NCBI GenBank assembly: GCA_963788655.1
Contig: CAWBHS010000065.1
Span: 20,810-84,809, forward strand
Source of the DNA: an uncultured Verrucomicrobiae bacterium
Lineage (GTDB): Bacteria; Verrucomicrobiota; Verrucomicrobiia; Limisphaerales; JAFGQR01
Length of the DNA stretch: 64,000 nucleotides
Direction of reading: 5' to 3'
In this document: positions 49,638 through 62,341 of the stretch, in pieces
Layout: each line of letters opens with the position of its first letter
Position numbering within the stretch: the stretch's first letter is position 1
Made by a program: the position numbers and the translations under genes
Notes under the pieces: model-generated
Told to the model about the DNA's origin: nothing
The model's database searches: none
The model's input: only the letters and a program-made list of their open reading frames with translations

Positions 49638-52600
49638 TCAAGCGGCTTTCCGGTGTTGTGCCGTCGAGCCGGATTGCAAGGGCAAGCGGATGTTAAAAGT
49701 AGTTCCGCGTCCGACTTCGGACATAAAATCAATCGTGCCGCGGTGCTTGTCCACGACCACCGAATGGGCGATGGCCAATCCCTGGCCGGTCCCCTGCCCC
49801 ACCGGTTTCGTGGTGAAGAACGGCTCAAAGACCCGGTCCCGGATCGCTTCGGGAATTCCCGGTGCCGGTGTCTGCGACGCCTACTTCAACCCACTCTCCG
49901 TTTCGCCGCGTGCTGACCGTAATGGTGCCTTTATCCTCGCTGCCGTCGCCGACCACGTCCGCAATGGCGTGGGCCGCGTTGATGATCAGGTTGAGGATCA
50001 CCTGGTTGAACTCATCGGCCAGGCATTGCACCGGCGGCAGCGACTCGTCCAGGTTCAAAACCATTTCGGCAACGTATTTCCACTCGTTGCGCGCCACGGT
50101 GACGGTGCTTTCGATGGCGCGGTTCAAATCGATGGCAGTCCGGTCGCCTCCACCCGGGTGGGAAAATTCCTTCATCGCCCGGACAATTCGGCTGACCCGT
50201 TCAATGCCTTCCAGCGACTGTTGAATGGCCGTGGGGATTTCCGCGGCCAGGTACTCGGCATCGATCGCTTGCGCGGTGATCAGGACCTGGCCGGTCAACT
50301 CTGGCAACACGGCCCGGGCCTCGGCCTCGCGGCGCAACCGGTCATAGTCCACCAGCAACCGGCGCAGATCGGCAAAGGCATCCTGGAGAAAACGCGTGTT
50401 GTCCCCAATGTATTGCGTGGGCGTGTTGATCTCGTGGGCAATGCCGGAGGCCAGCCGGCCGATGGATTCCAGCTTCTGCGCCTGGTGCAATTGCACTTGC
50501 ATGGACAACCGTTCCTGCTCGGCGTGCTTGGTGGCGGTGATGTCTTCCACCGTGCCATCGAAATACATCACCTTGCCCTGGTCATTCCGGATGGCTCGGG
50601 CGGTCACGCGGGCACAAATCGGGGTGCCATCCTTCCGCTTGAGTTGGAGTTCCTGGCCATCCACAAATCCAGCCACCACCAACTCCGCCGCGAATTGGGC
50701 CCGGTTCTTTGGATCCTGATAGAGCTCCCACACCGGACACTTGAGGAACGCTTCGACGGTTGCGTAACCAAAGATACGGGCCATCGCCGGATTGGCCATG
50801 AGGAAACGCCCGCGCTCGCCCGGCGTGTTACGGAACAGGCCCACCGGCAGATTGGACATGAGCGTGAGCAGGCGCTGCTCGCTTTTGCGGGAAGCTTCTT
50901 CGGCCCGTTTGCGCAAGGTGATGTTCTCGTGCGCCACCACCACGCGTGCCTCGCCGGCCTCCGCAAACCGCGTCACCCGGCCCAGGAACCAGCGCTTCTC
51001 GGTGGGCGAATGGCAGGCGTATTCGTGGTGAAAATAAGAGGTCTCATTCCGGATCACCGCCCGGATTCCTTGGGCAAACGCCTTGGCTTCGTCCGCGTCA
51101 GTCTCGGTGGCCGCCTCACAAGCAGCCAGATAGTTGGCGCCTTCCAGCACATTGCTCGACTGGGGGGGATTGGCGGCGGCAAATTCCCGCCACGCCCGGT
51201 TCACCGCCACGATCGTTCCCGAATCATCGAGCACGCACACGTGAGCGGAAAGTGCATCCAAAATGGACCGCGCAAAATTCTCCGATTCGCGTAGCGCGGC
51301 CTCCGCTTCTTTGCGGGCCGAAATGTCCTGGCAGAACGCCATGACGCGGTCGGTGCCGAGGCAGACGGCGCGCACACTGACCCAGCACAACCGACCGTCC
51401 TTTCGTTGCAGCCGAAAATCACCTTCGGCGCACCCGTGCTGAACGACTTGGGTGAAGTTTCGCAATCCGGCCTCGCGGTCTTCGTCGGCTAGCACTTCCG
51501 GCACGCTCATCCGCCTCAGCTCGTCCCCGTCATAATCCAGCAACTCGCGGGCGGCCGAGTTGAATTCCACATAACGGCCTTCCAAATCCGTCACGAAAAC
51601 CGCATGCGGGGCGTTCTCAACATACGACCTGAATTTCGCCTCGCTCTCCCGCAACGCCACCTCAACGCGCCGCCGCTGCTCCACCTGCTCCAACTGTTCC
51701 AACGCAAACGAAATGTCCGCCGCGATTTCCTCCAGGAGCGCGACTTCTTTGTCGCGGAACACCTGGGGTTCGTCGGCATAGACGGTAAACGCGCCGCCCA
51801 CCGCGCCGCCAAAGCGAATGGGCAAGGCCACCACCGCCCGCAAGTTGTGCGCCGCCGCTGCCTTCCGCCAGGGCTGGGCCGACGGATCGTTTAAGAAATC
51901 GTTGAAGACCCCGGGACGGCCTTCACGCACGCAAACGCCAATCGGACCCCGGCCTTCGGGCCGGTCATCGGTCGCATAGACTTCGATCTGGTCGAGGTAG
52001 CCTTCGTCATCACCGGCCCGGCCGACCGGGGCGAGCCGCTGGGTCGCCGGATCGGTCCAGCCGATCCAGGCCAGTTTGAACCCGGCGTATTGCACGGCAA
52101 TCCGGCAGGCCTCCTGAAACAACGCCTCGCGGGACTGGAGGCGCACGATGCTTTGGTTGATCTGACTGAGCGTGGCGTAAAGCCGCGTCAACCGCTCGAT
52201 CTCCCGCGCCTGCGCCTGTCGCTGGGTGAGGTCGCGAATGATGCTCAGGCCGTAGCGCACGCCCCCGATTTCCACCATGCGCGCGCTCACTTCCACCGGC
52301 AAGGTCGAGCCATCTTTACGTTGGTGTCGGGTTTCAAAAAAGGCGCTGCCGCAGTTATTCAGTTGCGCCAGCAACTGGGGAAACGTGGCGCGCGCTTCCG
52401 GCACGCGCAGTTCGGCCGGCCGCATGTCGCGCAACTCGGCCCGGGTGTATTGATAGGTCTCCTCCGCGCGGTCATTGGCTTCGACGATCTTCCAGTCGCC
52501 ATCGGTCAACAACACCACGTCGTTGGCGCACTTCATCAAATGCTCGACGCGCTGCGCCAGGGCGGCTTCCCGCCGCTGCCAGGACAGCACCCCCACCAAG

Positions 52601-52821
52601 GCGGCGGCCAACAGCACGGCCACGAGCGCCAGCGTGAATCCGAAATAGCGCCGCACCAGGTCCTGGTCGAGCAGACTGCACCCGACCACCACTCCGATCA
52701 GCAGGCCAATTCCCAGCAATCCGGCCGCGAACCAGGCGCCGCGACGGTGCGGGCGCCGCGGCAATTCGTCGGCACCGCCACGGGCGCGCCAACGGTCGAG
52801 CATATTTAATCGCCAATTCAT
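49638..52821 (-). CDS. Membrane PAS/GAF sensor histidine kinase (~4 PAS, 1 GAF); frameshift near 49858
   Basis: Two N-terminal TM segments; GIAHEINTP H-box; NLIINAAHA; manual translation of the shifted tail gives FEPFFTTKPVGQGTGQGL...QHRKAA*. Confidence 0.88.
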
Positions 52822-52880
52822 CGGCCTCGATTACGGTTTTGCCTCGCCATCCAGATTGGAAGAGTCATGTCGTTCATGGT

Positions 52881-55800
52881 TCAAGCGGCGGCCTTGCGCG
52901 GCAGGTTTTCGGTCTCCTTCAACGGCAGCCGGACGATGAACGTCGTGCCGCGACCGAGTTCGGTTTCGAAATCAATGGTTCCGTTGTGTTTGTCCACGAC
53001 CACTGACCGGGCAATGGCCAGGCCCTGGCCGGTGCCCTGGCCCACGGGCTTGGTGGTGAAGAAGGGCTCGAACAGGTGCGGGCGAACGGGTTCGGGAATG
53101 CCGGAGCCGGTATCCCCCACCCGGATTTCCACCCAATCATCCTGCTTCCGCGTGCTCACAGTGATGGTGCCTTTGCGGCCGCTGTCACCCACCACGTCAG
53201 CAATCGCGTGGGCGGCATTGATGATGAGATTGAGGATTACCTGGTTGAACTCGTCGGCCAGACATTGCACCGGCGGTAACGACGGCTCCAAATCCAGCGC
53301 CAATTCGGCCACATATTTCCATTCGTTGCGCGCCACCGTCACGGTGCTCTCAATGGCCCGGTTGAGGTCGATGGCACTCTTGTCTCCGCCGCCCGGATGG
53401 GAGAACTCTTTCATGGCGCGAACGATTTTGCTGACTCGTTCGACCCCCTCGAGCGATTGCTGAAGCGCCTTGGGAATTTCGGTGGCCAGGTAGTCAACTT
53501 CGATCTCACGCGCGGTGGCGCGCACCTGGGCGGTCAACTCGGGTAAGAGCGACTTTGCGTCGGCCGCTTCGAGTAACTGGTCAAAGCTGGCCTGCAACCG
53601 GCGCAGATCTTTAAACGAATCCTGGAGGAAGCGGTTATTGTCGCCAATAAACTGCGTGGGGGTATTGATTTCGTGGGCGATGCCCGCAGCCAATCGGCCA
53701 ATGGACTCGAGCTTCTGTGCCTGGTTCAACTGGATCTGCATGCCGGCCTTTTCCCGCTCGGCCTGCTTGCGTTCGGTGATGTCGCGGGCATAGCCCAGCA
53801 CCCCCCAGACCTCGCCGTCGGCGTCTCGCAGCGGGAATTTGTACGTATCCAGGATATGGATCCGGCCTTGAAGGTTGGCGGATTCTTCGGCGATAAACTT
53901 GGGCTGGCCGGTGTCCATTACTTCCCGGTCGTCCTGCCAAAAACCCCGAATGCCCCGCGCGGGATCGCCTTTGACAATTGCTTCTGGAAAACCCATTTCC
54001 AGGTCGTTCTTGCCTACGAATTCGTCCTTGGAGCAGCCCATGTCCCGGGCATAACACTCATTGACCAGGACATAACGGTGCTCCTGGTCCTTGATGAAAA
54101 TCCAATCGGGTGAGGAATCGATCATCATGCATAACAACGTTTCATTCTGATGCGATTCCTCCTCGGCCCGTTTGCGGGCAGCGATATCCGCGAACAGCAC
54201 CAGCAAATGCGGCTGGTCGGCAAAGGTGAACGGTACCATGCGGCAGGAAATCCAAATTTCCCGTTCGAAGGACGTCATCAAGTGGGTGTCGAACTCCTGT
54301 TCGGTCTTGGTGGTCAACGCCGTCTCGGCCCGCGCCAACAACTCGGAGCGTTGCCAGGAGGCGAGTTGCCGGAAATTCTGGGCCAGCACTTCTTCCTGGG
54401 TGGCGCCAATCATCCTGGCCAAGGCCTGGTTGCACATCACGGTTTCCCCGGTGGCGCGATACGCGAGCACGCCGACCGGGGAAGCCTGCAGCAGAGTCTG
54501 GTTGAAGTGCAACGCATCGGCGACCTGCTGTTCGGCCTGTTTGCGCGCAGTGATGTCCTCGACAGTGCCGTCGAAGTATTCGACAGTGCCATCGGCGTTG
54601 CGCAGCGCGTGAGTTGTCAGCCGACACCACACCGGCGTGCCGTCCAATTTTTTGAATTGCAGTTCCAGGCCATCTACGGAGTCCTGCCGGGCCAGGTTCT
54701 CGACCAATTGCCGCCCAGCTTCGGGTTGCGCGATCAGTTCGATCGGCTTGCAGCGCAACAGCTCTGCGGGTGATTGGCAACCGTACATCCGCGCCAATGC
54801 CTGGTTCACCATCACGAACCGCCCGTCCGGCTCGGGCGTTTTGCGGAACAGCCCAATCGGCAGGTTTTCCACCAGGCTGGAATACTGTTGCTGACTTTCC
54901 CGCTGCGCCGCTTCGGCGTGCTTGCGCCGGGTGATGTCCTGGAGCACGCCGTGAACACATTGGACGTTGCCCGCCTGGACCAAGGGGCGGGCCATGGCCC
55001 GCACCCAGCGTTCGCTGCCATCGTCCAATTGGAGGCGATACTCGATTTGAAACGGCACCTGTTCCTTTACCAGTCGTCGCACCCCGGCTTCGATGCGTTC
55101 CCGATCGTCGGGATGCATCCGCTCCGTCCAGGCCTGGTGGGCCAAGGACCGGGACGGCGGCAAGCCCAGAATCTGGCAAAACTCCGGCGTCACGGCGACT
55201 TGCTCGGTGGCCAGGTTGTGTTCGAAAACGCCCAGTTGTCCGGCCTCTAACGCCAGTCGCAACCGCTCCTCACTTTGCTGCAGCGCTGCTTCCGCCTGCC
55301 TGCGCTCGGTGATGTCCTGGGCCACCCCGACATAGTGGGTGGCCGTGCCCTCCGGATTGCGAACGGGGAATCCACGGTCCCAAATCCAGCGTTCGGAACC
55401 GTCGGGCCGCCGGATGCGATACTCATGTTGGAACGATTGGTTGCTGCCGCGTTGGCTTAACGCGCTGGCCACCCGCTCCCGGTCTTCGGGATGAATGGAA
55501 TCGATGAAGGACCGGGGCGCCGCATACAGGCTTTCCGGAGAGCGCCCCCAAATCCGCTCGTAGCCGGGACTGACGTACACGGTTTCCTGGATTTGGACGT
55601 CCGCCATCCAGAAGACCTCGCCGATGGTTTCCGCGAACAACCGGAAGCGTTCCTCGCTTTGGCGCAAGGCTGCTTCCGCCTGCTTGCGCTCGGTGACGTC
55701 GGCGATGAAGCCCTCCAGCGCCACGACCGAACCTTCGTCGGTATAAATTGCGCGGCCTTGTTCCCACACCCATTTCTCCGCTCCTTGCGCGGTGCGAATG

Positions 55801-58800
55801 CGGTAGTTGAGCCGGTAGGGCGCTTGCCGCTTGACGGCGTCTTGGATTTCGCGCGCCACGGCGACCCGGTCTTCAGGATGGATCAACTCGGCAAAGGCTT
55901 TCTCGCGGTTGTGAAGGAACGCTTCCGCCGGATAGCCGGTGAGGTCCAAACAACCTTCGCTGGCGAACAACATGGTCCAATCTTCATCACCCAAGCAGCG
56001 ATACGCCATGCCGGGCAGGTTGCTCATCAAGGTGGCCAACTGGCGCTGGTTTTCGCGCAAGGCCAGTTCGCTCCGGTGGCGGGAGAGCATCGTCAACAGG
56101 ACTTCGGCGACCAGTTGGAGCAGGCGCACGTTTTCGTTGGCCCATTCCTTGCCCGCCTCCTGCGAGGACAACCCATACAACCCCACTAACCGGCCCTCGA
56201 TCACGAGCGGCATGATGACCAACGAACCGATCTCCAGCCACTGGATGAGTTCCTGTTCCGCGCGCGCCGCGGGTGGCAGTTCCGCCACGGACGGGATGTT
56301 GATCACCCCGTGCTGACGCAGTTGGGGCAAGGCCCATTGCAGCGGGCGGAGCGAGCGGCCTTCCAACAACCGGGCTTTGGGCGCCAATCCCTCCGCGTGC
56401 CACTCGAAGGACTGTTCGAATCGCTCTTCGTCGGGCGACAGCAGATTCAGGTGACACCGGTCGGCGCCAGTAAATTGCCCGATGGCCTGGAGGACCTCGA
56501 CGATCTGGGCCGACATGGTTTCGGGCGTCGTTTGCAGGAAACGGTGGGAGACGCAGGCTACGAGTTCTTCAATGGCCAGGCGGCGTTGCAACTTTTCTTC
56601 AGCTTCCTTGCGTTCGGTAATGTCGAAGCAGGAGCCAATAAATCCGGCAAACTGCCCCTCCAAATCTTTAAAGGGCCGGCCGCAATCGCGGATCCAGCGC
56701 TCGGCCCCATCCGCCCGCCGCCGGCGATAATCCATGGCGAAGGGGCGGTGCTGTTCGAAACCCTCGGCAAATGTCCGCCGGCGCGCTTCCCGGTCGTCCG
56801 GATGAACGCTCGCCAGCCAACCGTCGCCGGTTTCCTGTTCCAACGTGCGTCCGGTAAAGTCGAGCCAGGTCTGGTTGACATAGTTGCATTTGGCATCGGT
56901 GCCGGTTCGCCAGATCAACGTGGGGAAATTCTCGAACAGGGTCAGGTAATGATCACGCGATTGTGCCAAGGCAGCCTGCGACTGCTTCAACGACGTGATG
57001 TCATCCACGGCCACAATCACATGCCGGCAGCCATTCAATTGCACCGGTTCCGCGCTGAGGCGCAGCCACGGGCGGACTGTCTGCCCCCGGCCTTGAAGCG
57101 TGGGTTGCACCTCCAGACCATGAACCCGTTCCCCGGTGGCCAGTACCTGCTGGAGCGATTGGCGCATCGGGCAAGTCGGGCAGCCCGTTCCGTGGCCACA
57201 GCCGCACTCTTTCTCGTGGCTGGACGCGCACCCAAGCGCCTGGCCCCAGCGGTGCCCAATGATCGCCTCCAACTCGCCCGGCACCATAACCTCCAGCCCC
57301 CGATTGGAATCCACGACTTCCAGCGCTTCGTTCAACAAGAGCATTCCCACCGGAGCGCTGGCAAAGATGGCTTTCAGGTTTGCTTGTTCGCGTTGGAGGG
57401 ATTGTTCCCATTGTTTGCGTTCGCTGATGTCACGCACCACCGCTTGCAGCAACGTCCGCCCCTGGACTTCGAGGCAGTTCAATGACACCTCGGCTTCAAA
57501 CAGCGTGCCGTCGAGCCGCCGGTGTTGCCATTCGAAGAACTGCGGCCGGCCGGCCTGGACCGTCAAAAACGCTTTGCGGCCCTTGCTGATTGAGTCCTCC
57601 CCGTCCAGTTGCACCTCGGGCGAAAATTCGAACGGCGAATGACGCAGGATCTGGTCCCGTGCGCCCCCGAACAATTTCACCGCCTGGTCATTGCACTCGA
57701 CGTAGAGCCCGTTCTCCAAAATGAAAATGCCGTCGTTGGCGGAATCAAACAGCGTCCGGTATTTCAGTTCATTCTCCTGTACGATTTCTTCCGCCCGCTT
57801 CCGCTCGGTAACGTCCAGGACAATGCTTTCGTAATGAGTGACCGTGCCGACGGCATCCCGGCAAATCCAGGTGCGGTCGTCCACCCAACGCGTGGCCCCG
57901 GTGCGGGTGAACAGCCGATACTCGCGGTTGAACATGAGCGCCCCCTCGCGGGTAAAACTGCTGACTTCGGCCAATACCCGCGCGCGATCTTCCGGATGAA
58001 CCAGGGAAACAAAGCCAACCCGCGGGCGCGCCAATTCCTCCGGCGCATAGCCGAATTGGGTGATGTTGTCGGAAACGAACGCGATCGGCCATCCCGCAGG
58101 CGCTCCCCATTGCAGTGCCACGGCCGGGCTGCGATTAACGATCAGCGCCAGTTGCTGGGCCGCCGCCTCGGCCTGATGTCGCTCGGTCAAATCCCGCACC
58201 GTCATCATCAACCCGGAGGGCAGTCCCGCGGCGTCAGTTAGCACCGTGCCGTTGACTTCTGCCGAAAACTGCGAGCCATCGGGACGGCGAATGACGTATT
58301 CGCTGTTCAGGAGGTTGCCTCGTTCCACCGTGAGGCGGAGGTTTCCCTGGGCCCGCTCCCGCTCCTCCGGGGCGACCATCTCCAGGACATTGCGGCCCAA
58401 CATCACGTCCGGGTCCGGGACGCCATACAAGCTGACTGCCCGAGGATTGGCCATGCGGACGGTCCCGTCCAAATCGGTCATTACCACTGCATCGGGGGAA
58501 TGCTCGATCAGGGTCCGGTAGCGGGCTTCGCTTTCGTGCAGGTGCTGCTCCATCTGCATACGCTGGGTAATGTCCCGCACCGCGGCAATGTGGACCGGAT
58601 TTCCCTGCCAGACAAAATGGCTTCCGGTAATTTCCACAGGAAACACAGTCCCGTCCTTCTTTCGATGAAAACGCTGGAGCACCAGAGGAGTACCTCCTTG
58701 GTTGCGAGGCGGGTTTCGTCCGGTTCGGCGGAAAGGTCGGTGTTTTTGAGCGCCAGCAGTTCCTCATGCCCGTAACCGTATAATCGGGTGGCGGCCTGGT

Positions 58801-60331
58801 TGGCTTCCAGAATGCGGCCTTGTTCGTTTTCAATCAGGAAGATCGCGTCCGACTCTGATTCGAACAGTTGACGGTATTTGTCTTCGCTCTCGCGCAGGGT
58901 TGTTTCCGCCTGCTTGCGCTCGGTGATGTCTTCGCAGGCGATGGCCGTAAACTGCGGCTCGCCCTGCTCGTTGCGGTAGAGCGACACGGATAAACGTCCC
59001 CAGACCACGTCGCCTTGCTTGCGCACGTAGCGCTTTTCGGTCACGTAATGGTCCAGTTCACCCGCCAGGAGGGCGCGGTATGGCTGACTATCCCGCGCCA
59101 AATCATCCGGGTGCGTGAATCTGGAAAAGTGCAGGCCCACCAGTTCTTCCCGGGAATAGCCAAGGAACGCGCAGTCGGCGGTGTTGGCCTCGAGGACGTG
59201 CCCGGATTGGTCCACCAAGGCCATGCCTACGGCGACGTTCTCAAAAACGGCATGGAACCGATCCGCCATCAGTTTCTGTTGCCGGACATGGCGGGCTTCC
59301 GCCCGCAACAACTGCACTTGTTGGTGCTGCCAAACGACGCGGTGACCCAAGCCGAGCGTCAGGAGCAACAATCCCAGTCCCGTCAGAATCAAATGGCTCC
59401 GGGCCTGCCACAAGTTATCCACTTCGTCCTGATCTTCTTTGGCGATCACGCACCACGAAGTTTCCGGCACCTTCTCTCCCATCGCCAGCACTTGCCTCCC
59501 GCGGTAATCAGTGCCCATCAAGGGCCCAACCGGAGTCAATGTGGCCTGAACGGCGGGCGAATTGGTGGAGTCAGCCGATAATTGCTGCCAACCATTCTGC
59601 TGTTGCTGATGCCGCCGGGGACTCCAAACTCTCACTTCATTGCCAGTCCGCCTGGCAAGTAAGGTTTCCCCGGTGCGGCTGAAGGTGGGCCATTTTCCAA
59701 TCAACGCGTGCAGGAATTGTCCAGCGTTGATCCGAAAGACCAGCACACCCCGCGGCGGTTCCGTTCGCGCGTCGGCGAGCCGAGTGTCTGGATGGGCGAC
59801 GACGGGAATGAAAATCTCCAAATGGAAATCGCCTGGCGCACCGTCCGCCGGATCCTGATGGAAATCGGACATCACAATTTGGTGGTTCGTCAGGGCTTGA
59901 GCGAAGTCGGAGGTTGCCAGCGGTTCGACCATTTCCGCCGTCGCCGGACTGCTCAGGCAAAGCCGGCCTTGCGCGTCGTAGAGCAGAATGCGCTCGTATC
60001 GGTTGCTAGCCTGCAGCAGACCAAACCATTCTTGGAGTTGCGCTTGGGTGTCCGCCGAGGCCGAGTTGGCGACCAAATCCTGCAAGCGATCGGAAACGAA
60101 ACGTGCTTTTTGGAAAAACAAGGCATCGCGCATTCGTTCCTGCCGCCAATTGTGGATTTGGCCCGCCTGCAAGTCGGCCACTACCATCAATTCATGTTGG
60201 GCCGCTTCCATGAACGCCTGCCGCTGCTTGTGGAGGAAGAAGCTGCCGGCCGCCACGACCAAAAGAGCCAGCAACAGTCCAGTCCCAGCGTGGACGATGC
60301 CGAGCTTGCTCAGTCTATGTGCTTGAACCAT
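52881..60331 (-). CDS. Giant membrane multi-sensor histidine kinase (~2,480 aa; periplasmic domain, ~13 PAS, 1 GAF); frameshift near 58690
   Basis: ORFs 58508..61006 and 52881..58682 join within one PAS domain; repeated DITERK linkers; GIAHEINTP, FEPFFTTK; start uncertain. Confidence 0.87.
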
Positions 60332-60504
60332 AAGGCGTAACCAAATGCGTGGACGCAGAAGACAGTGCGGACCACGCATGCTTGGAACCTGTGAGGCAAA
60401 TCTGGTGCCAGCGAGAGGATGAGACGTTGGAGGCGTGGAGTGCCGGAAAGGTGACGGGGACAGGCGACAGGAGCCGCGCGCTCCGCCTGCAGATGACATT
60501 GAAT

Positions 60505-60654
60505 GTCGCGCCAGCGTCTGGAGTGCGTCCGGCTTGCCGGCGCTTTCGCAGGGAGAAAGACTGTTCAATCCTGCAATCGTTCTCAATGGTTTCGGCCGTC
60601 CGATGTCCAGCGAAAGCGGGAGCAAGCTCCGCGCACTCCAGACGCTGGCGCGAC
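60505..60654. repeat. REP-like doublet (TGGAGTGCG family), copy 3
   Basis: gtcgcgccagcgtctggagtgcg... / ...cgcactccagacgctggcgcgac; near-identical to copies 1 and 2. Confidence 0.85.
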
Positions 60655-60707
60655 GTTTCACCGTCCCGTTCTGAAGCGCGAGTGATGGGCGCAAAAGTAG
60701 TGAAATC

Positions 60708-60822
60708 GTAGGACCGGCGTCCCGCTTCCCGAACTGCCCATGAACGTCCACTTTGTTCCGAACCGTTTCATTATCTACGGAGCGTTTGGGAACATTCGGG
60801 ACAGCCGGGACGGCTGTCCTAC
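60708..60822. repeat. REP-like inverted doublet (GTAGGAC family)
   Basis: gtaggaccggcgtcccgcttcccgaa / ttcgggacagccgggacggctgtcctac. Confidence 0.75.
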
Positions 60823-60935
60823 GCAGCGTGCAACCGATGGCAGGCTTTTTGTGCGCGGAGCGGTTAACCCATCCGGCTGATCGCTCGCTGCCCTTTGCGC
60901 TTGCTTCCCACGCCGGCTCTGGAAATGCTCGGCGC

Positions 60936-61316
60936 ATGGACAAACCGGACCAACTTCGCGAATTGTTTCGCCAACAACAGGCGTTGAACGAGCGCATCGG
61001 GGTCAAAACGGACGGTATGACGGAGAGCGATAAAACGCTCTGGCTGCTGAATTACTGCCGGGCCATGACCCAGGAAATCGCCGAATTGACGGACAGCGTG
61101 CCCTGGAAATGGTGGGCCAAATATCAGAAGTTCGACGAACAAAATGCCCGCGTTGAAGTGGTGGACTTGTTCCATTTCCTCATCAGCGCCGCCCAGGTGT
61201 TGGGCATGAGCGCCGACGACGTGTTCGAGGCGTACATGAAGAAGAACCAGGTCAATTTCCAGCGCCAGGAAAGCGGCTATACCCGGAAGGACGAAGCAGA
61301 TTCGAAGCATATCTAA
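60936..61316 (+). CDS. Dimeric all-alpha dUTPase
   Basis: QEIAEL...PWKWW, EVVDLFHF, KNQVNFQRQ. Confidence 0.85.
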   Translation: MDKPDQLRELFRQQQALNERIGVKTDGMTESDKTLWLLNYCRAMTQEIAELTDSVPWKWWAKYQKFDEQNARVEVVDLFHFLISAAQVLGMSADDVFEAYMKKNQVNFQRQESGYTRKDEADSKHI

Positions 61317-61327
61317 CGCTCGGCTGG

Positions 61328-61969
61328 ATGATGGCTCGGCCGCTGCCTCCTTCACCAAACCCCTTGGCGCCTGTGAAAAAAACAACCTCCACCGCCGCTC
61401 GTCGGCGGTTGCCGCCGCGGCGTTGGCGTCGCGAAGTGGAACGGGTGCTCATCACCCGTGGCCAGATCGACCGGCGGATCCGCGAATTGGCCCGCGAGAT
61501 CGAGCGCGATTATGCCGGGCGCGACCTGGCGATTGTGTCGTTGCTGAACGGCACGGTGATGTTCCTGGCCGACTTGATTCGTCATTTGTCGCTGCCGCTC
61601 CGGTTGGATTTCATGGGCGTGTCCAGCTACGGCACCGGCACGCAGTCACGCGAGTTGGTGTTTACCAAGGAACTGCGGATGGAAGTCCGCGGGCGCGATG
61701 TGCTGGTGGTGGACGACATTTTGGATACCGGCAAGACGCTTAAACACGTGCTGCAAAAGCTTCGCGTGCTGAAACCCCGCCGCCTCCGGGTGTGCGTGTT
61801 GCTGGACAAAAAGGAACGCCGGACCGAACGGGTTCAGGCGGATTATGTCGGCTTTCCCATTCCCGACTTGTTTGTGGTGGGTTATGGATTGGATTTCGCC
61901 GAGCGGTATCGCAACCTGCCCTTCGTCGGCGTGCTCCACCCGCAGATGTATGAAGAAGACGATGGCTGA
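61328..61969 (+). CDS. hpt: Hypoxanthine phosphoribosyltransferase
   Basis: VSSYG, VLVVDDILDTGKTL, LLDK, FVVGYGLD, YRNLP. Confidence 0.95.
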   Translation: MMARPLPPSPNPLAPVKKTTSTAARRRLPPRRWRREVERVLITRGQIDRRIRELAREIERDYAGRDLAIVSLLNGTVMFLADLIRHLSLPLRLDFMGVSSYGTGTQSRELVFTKELRMEVRGRDVLVVDDILDTGKTLKHVLQKLRVLKPRRLRVCVLLDKKERRTERVQADYVGFPIPDLFVVGYGLDFAERYRNLPFVGVLHPQMYEEDDG

Positions 61970-62033
61970 AGCCCCCGTTAACCCGACAGCCGCAACCTCC
62001 CCCGACACGGGCAGTCCGACGGCAGGTGACGTC

Positions 62034-62276
62034 ATGATCCGCGTTTGTTTTTATTCGTATTTTAAGGATCTGGCGGGTTGTGCCGAATCGTCCGAGACGG
62101 TAGCGCCTGGAGGCACCATTGCCGAATTGTTGACGCGGCTTTACGTACGGTTCCCACGATTGCAGGCGATGCAGCGGTCCACGCTGATCGCGGTCGGCGT
62201 CGATTACCAACCGCGCAGTTATGTGTTGCAGGACGGAGATCAAGTCTCGCTGTTTCCGCCGGTCCAGGGAGGGTGA
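62034..62276 (+). CDS. moaD: MoaD/ThiS sulfur carrier
   Basis: C-terminal LQDGDQVSLFPPVQGG; adjacent to moaE; alternative start at 61962. Confidence 0.85.
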   Translation: MIRVCFYSYFKDLAGCAESSETVAPGGTIAELLTRLYVRFPRLQAMQRSTLIAVGVDYQPRSYVLQDGDQVSLFPPVQGG

Positions 62277-62341
62277 CGGACTGGTGATGTTCGGGATGCC
62301 GATCCCAAACCCCAAGGCGAGCTATTGCCGAGTTTAGCGCC

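Noticed and set aside
4747..51294. Long antisense ORFs (e.g. 4747..6612, 17774..19222, 32610..34244, 49507..51294)
   Set aside because: Shadow frames of well-supported genes in high-GC DNA; no motifs of their own.
170..58700. Frameshifts in mod, uvrA, pafA, ubact, the hydrolase, rbsA, a response regulator and two kinases read as pseudogenes or programmed frameshifts
   Set aside because: They are isolated 1-bp indels, mostly in short G/C runs, in otherwise intact genes of unrelated function with no nonsense codons. Long-read consensus error is the simplest explanation, pending read checks.
60332..61006. Long N-terminal extensions of the giant kinase (to 61006) and of the dUTPase (from 60753)
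   Set aside because: They run through intergenic REP doublets and overlap each other; downstream starts fit better.
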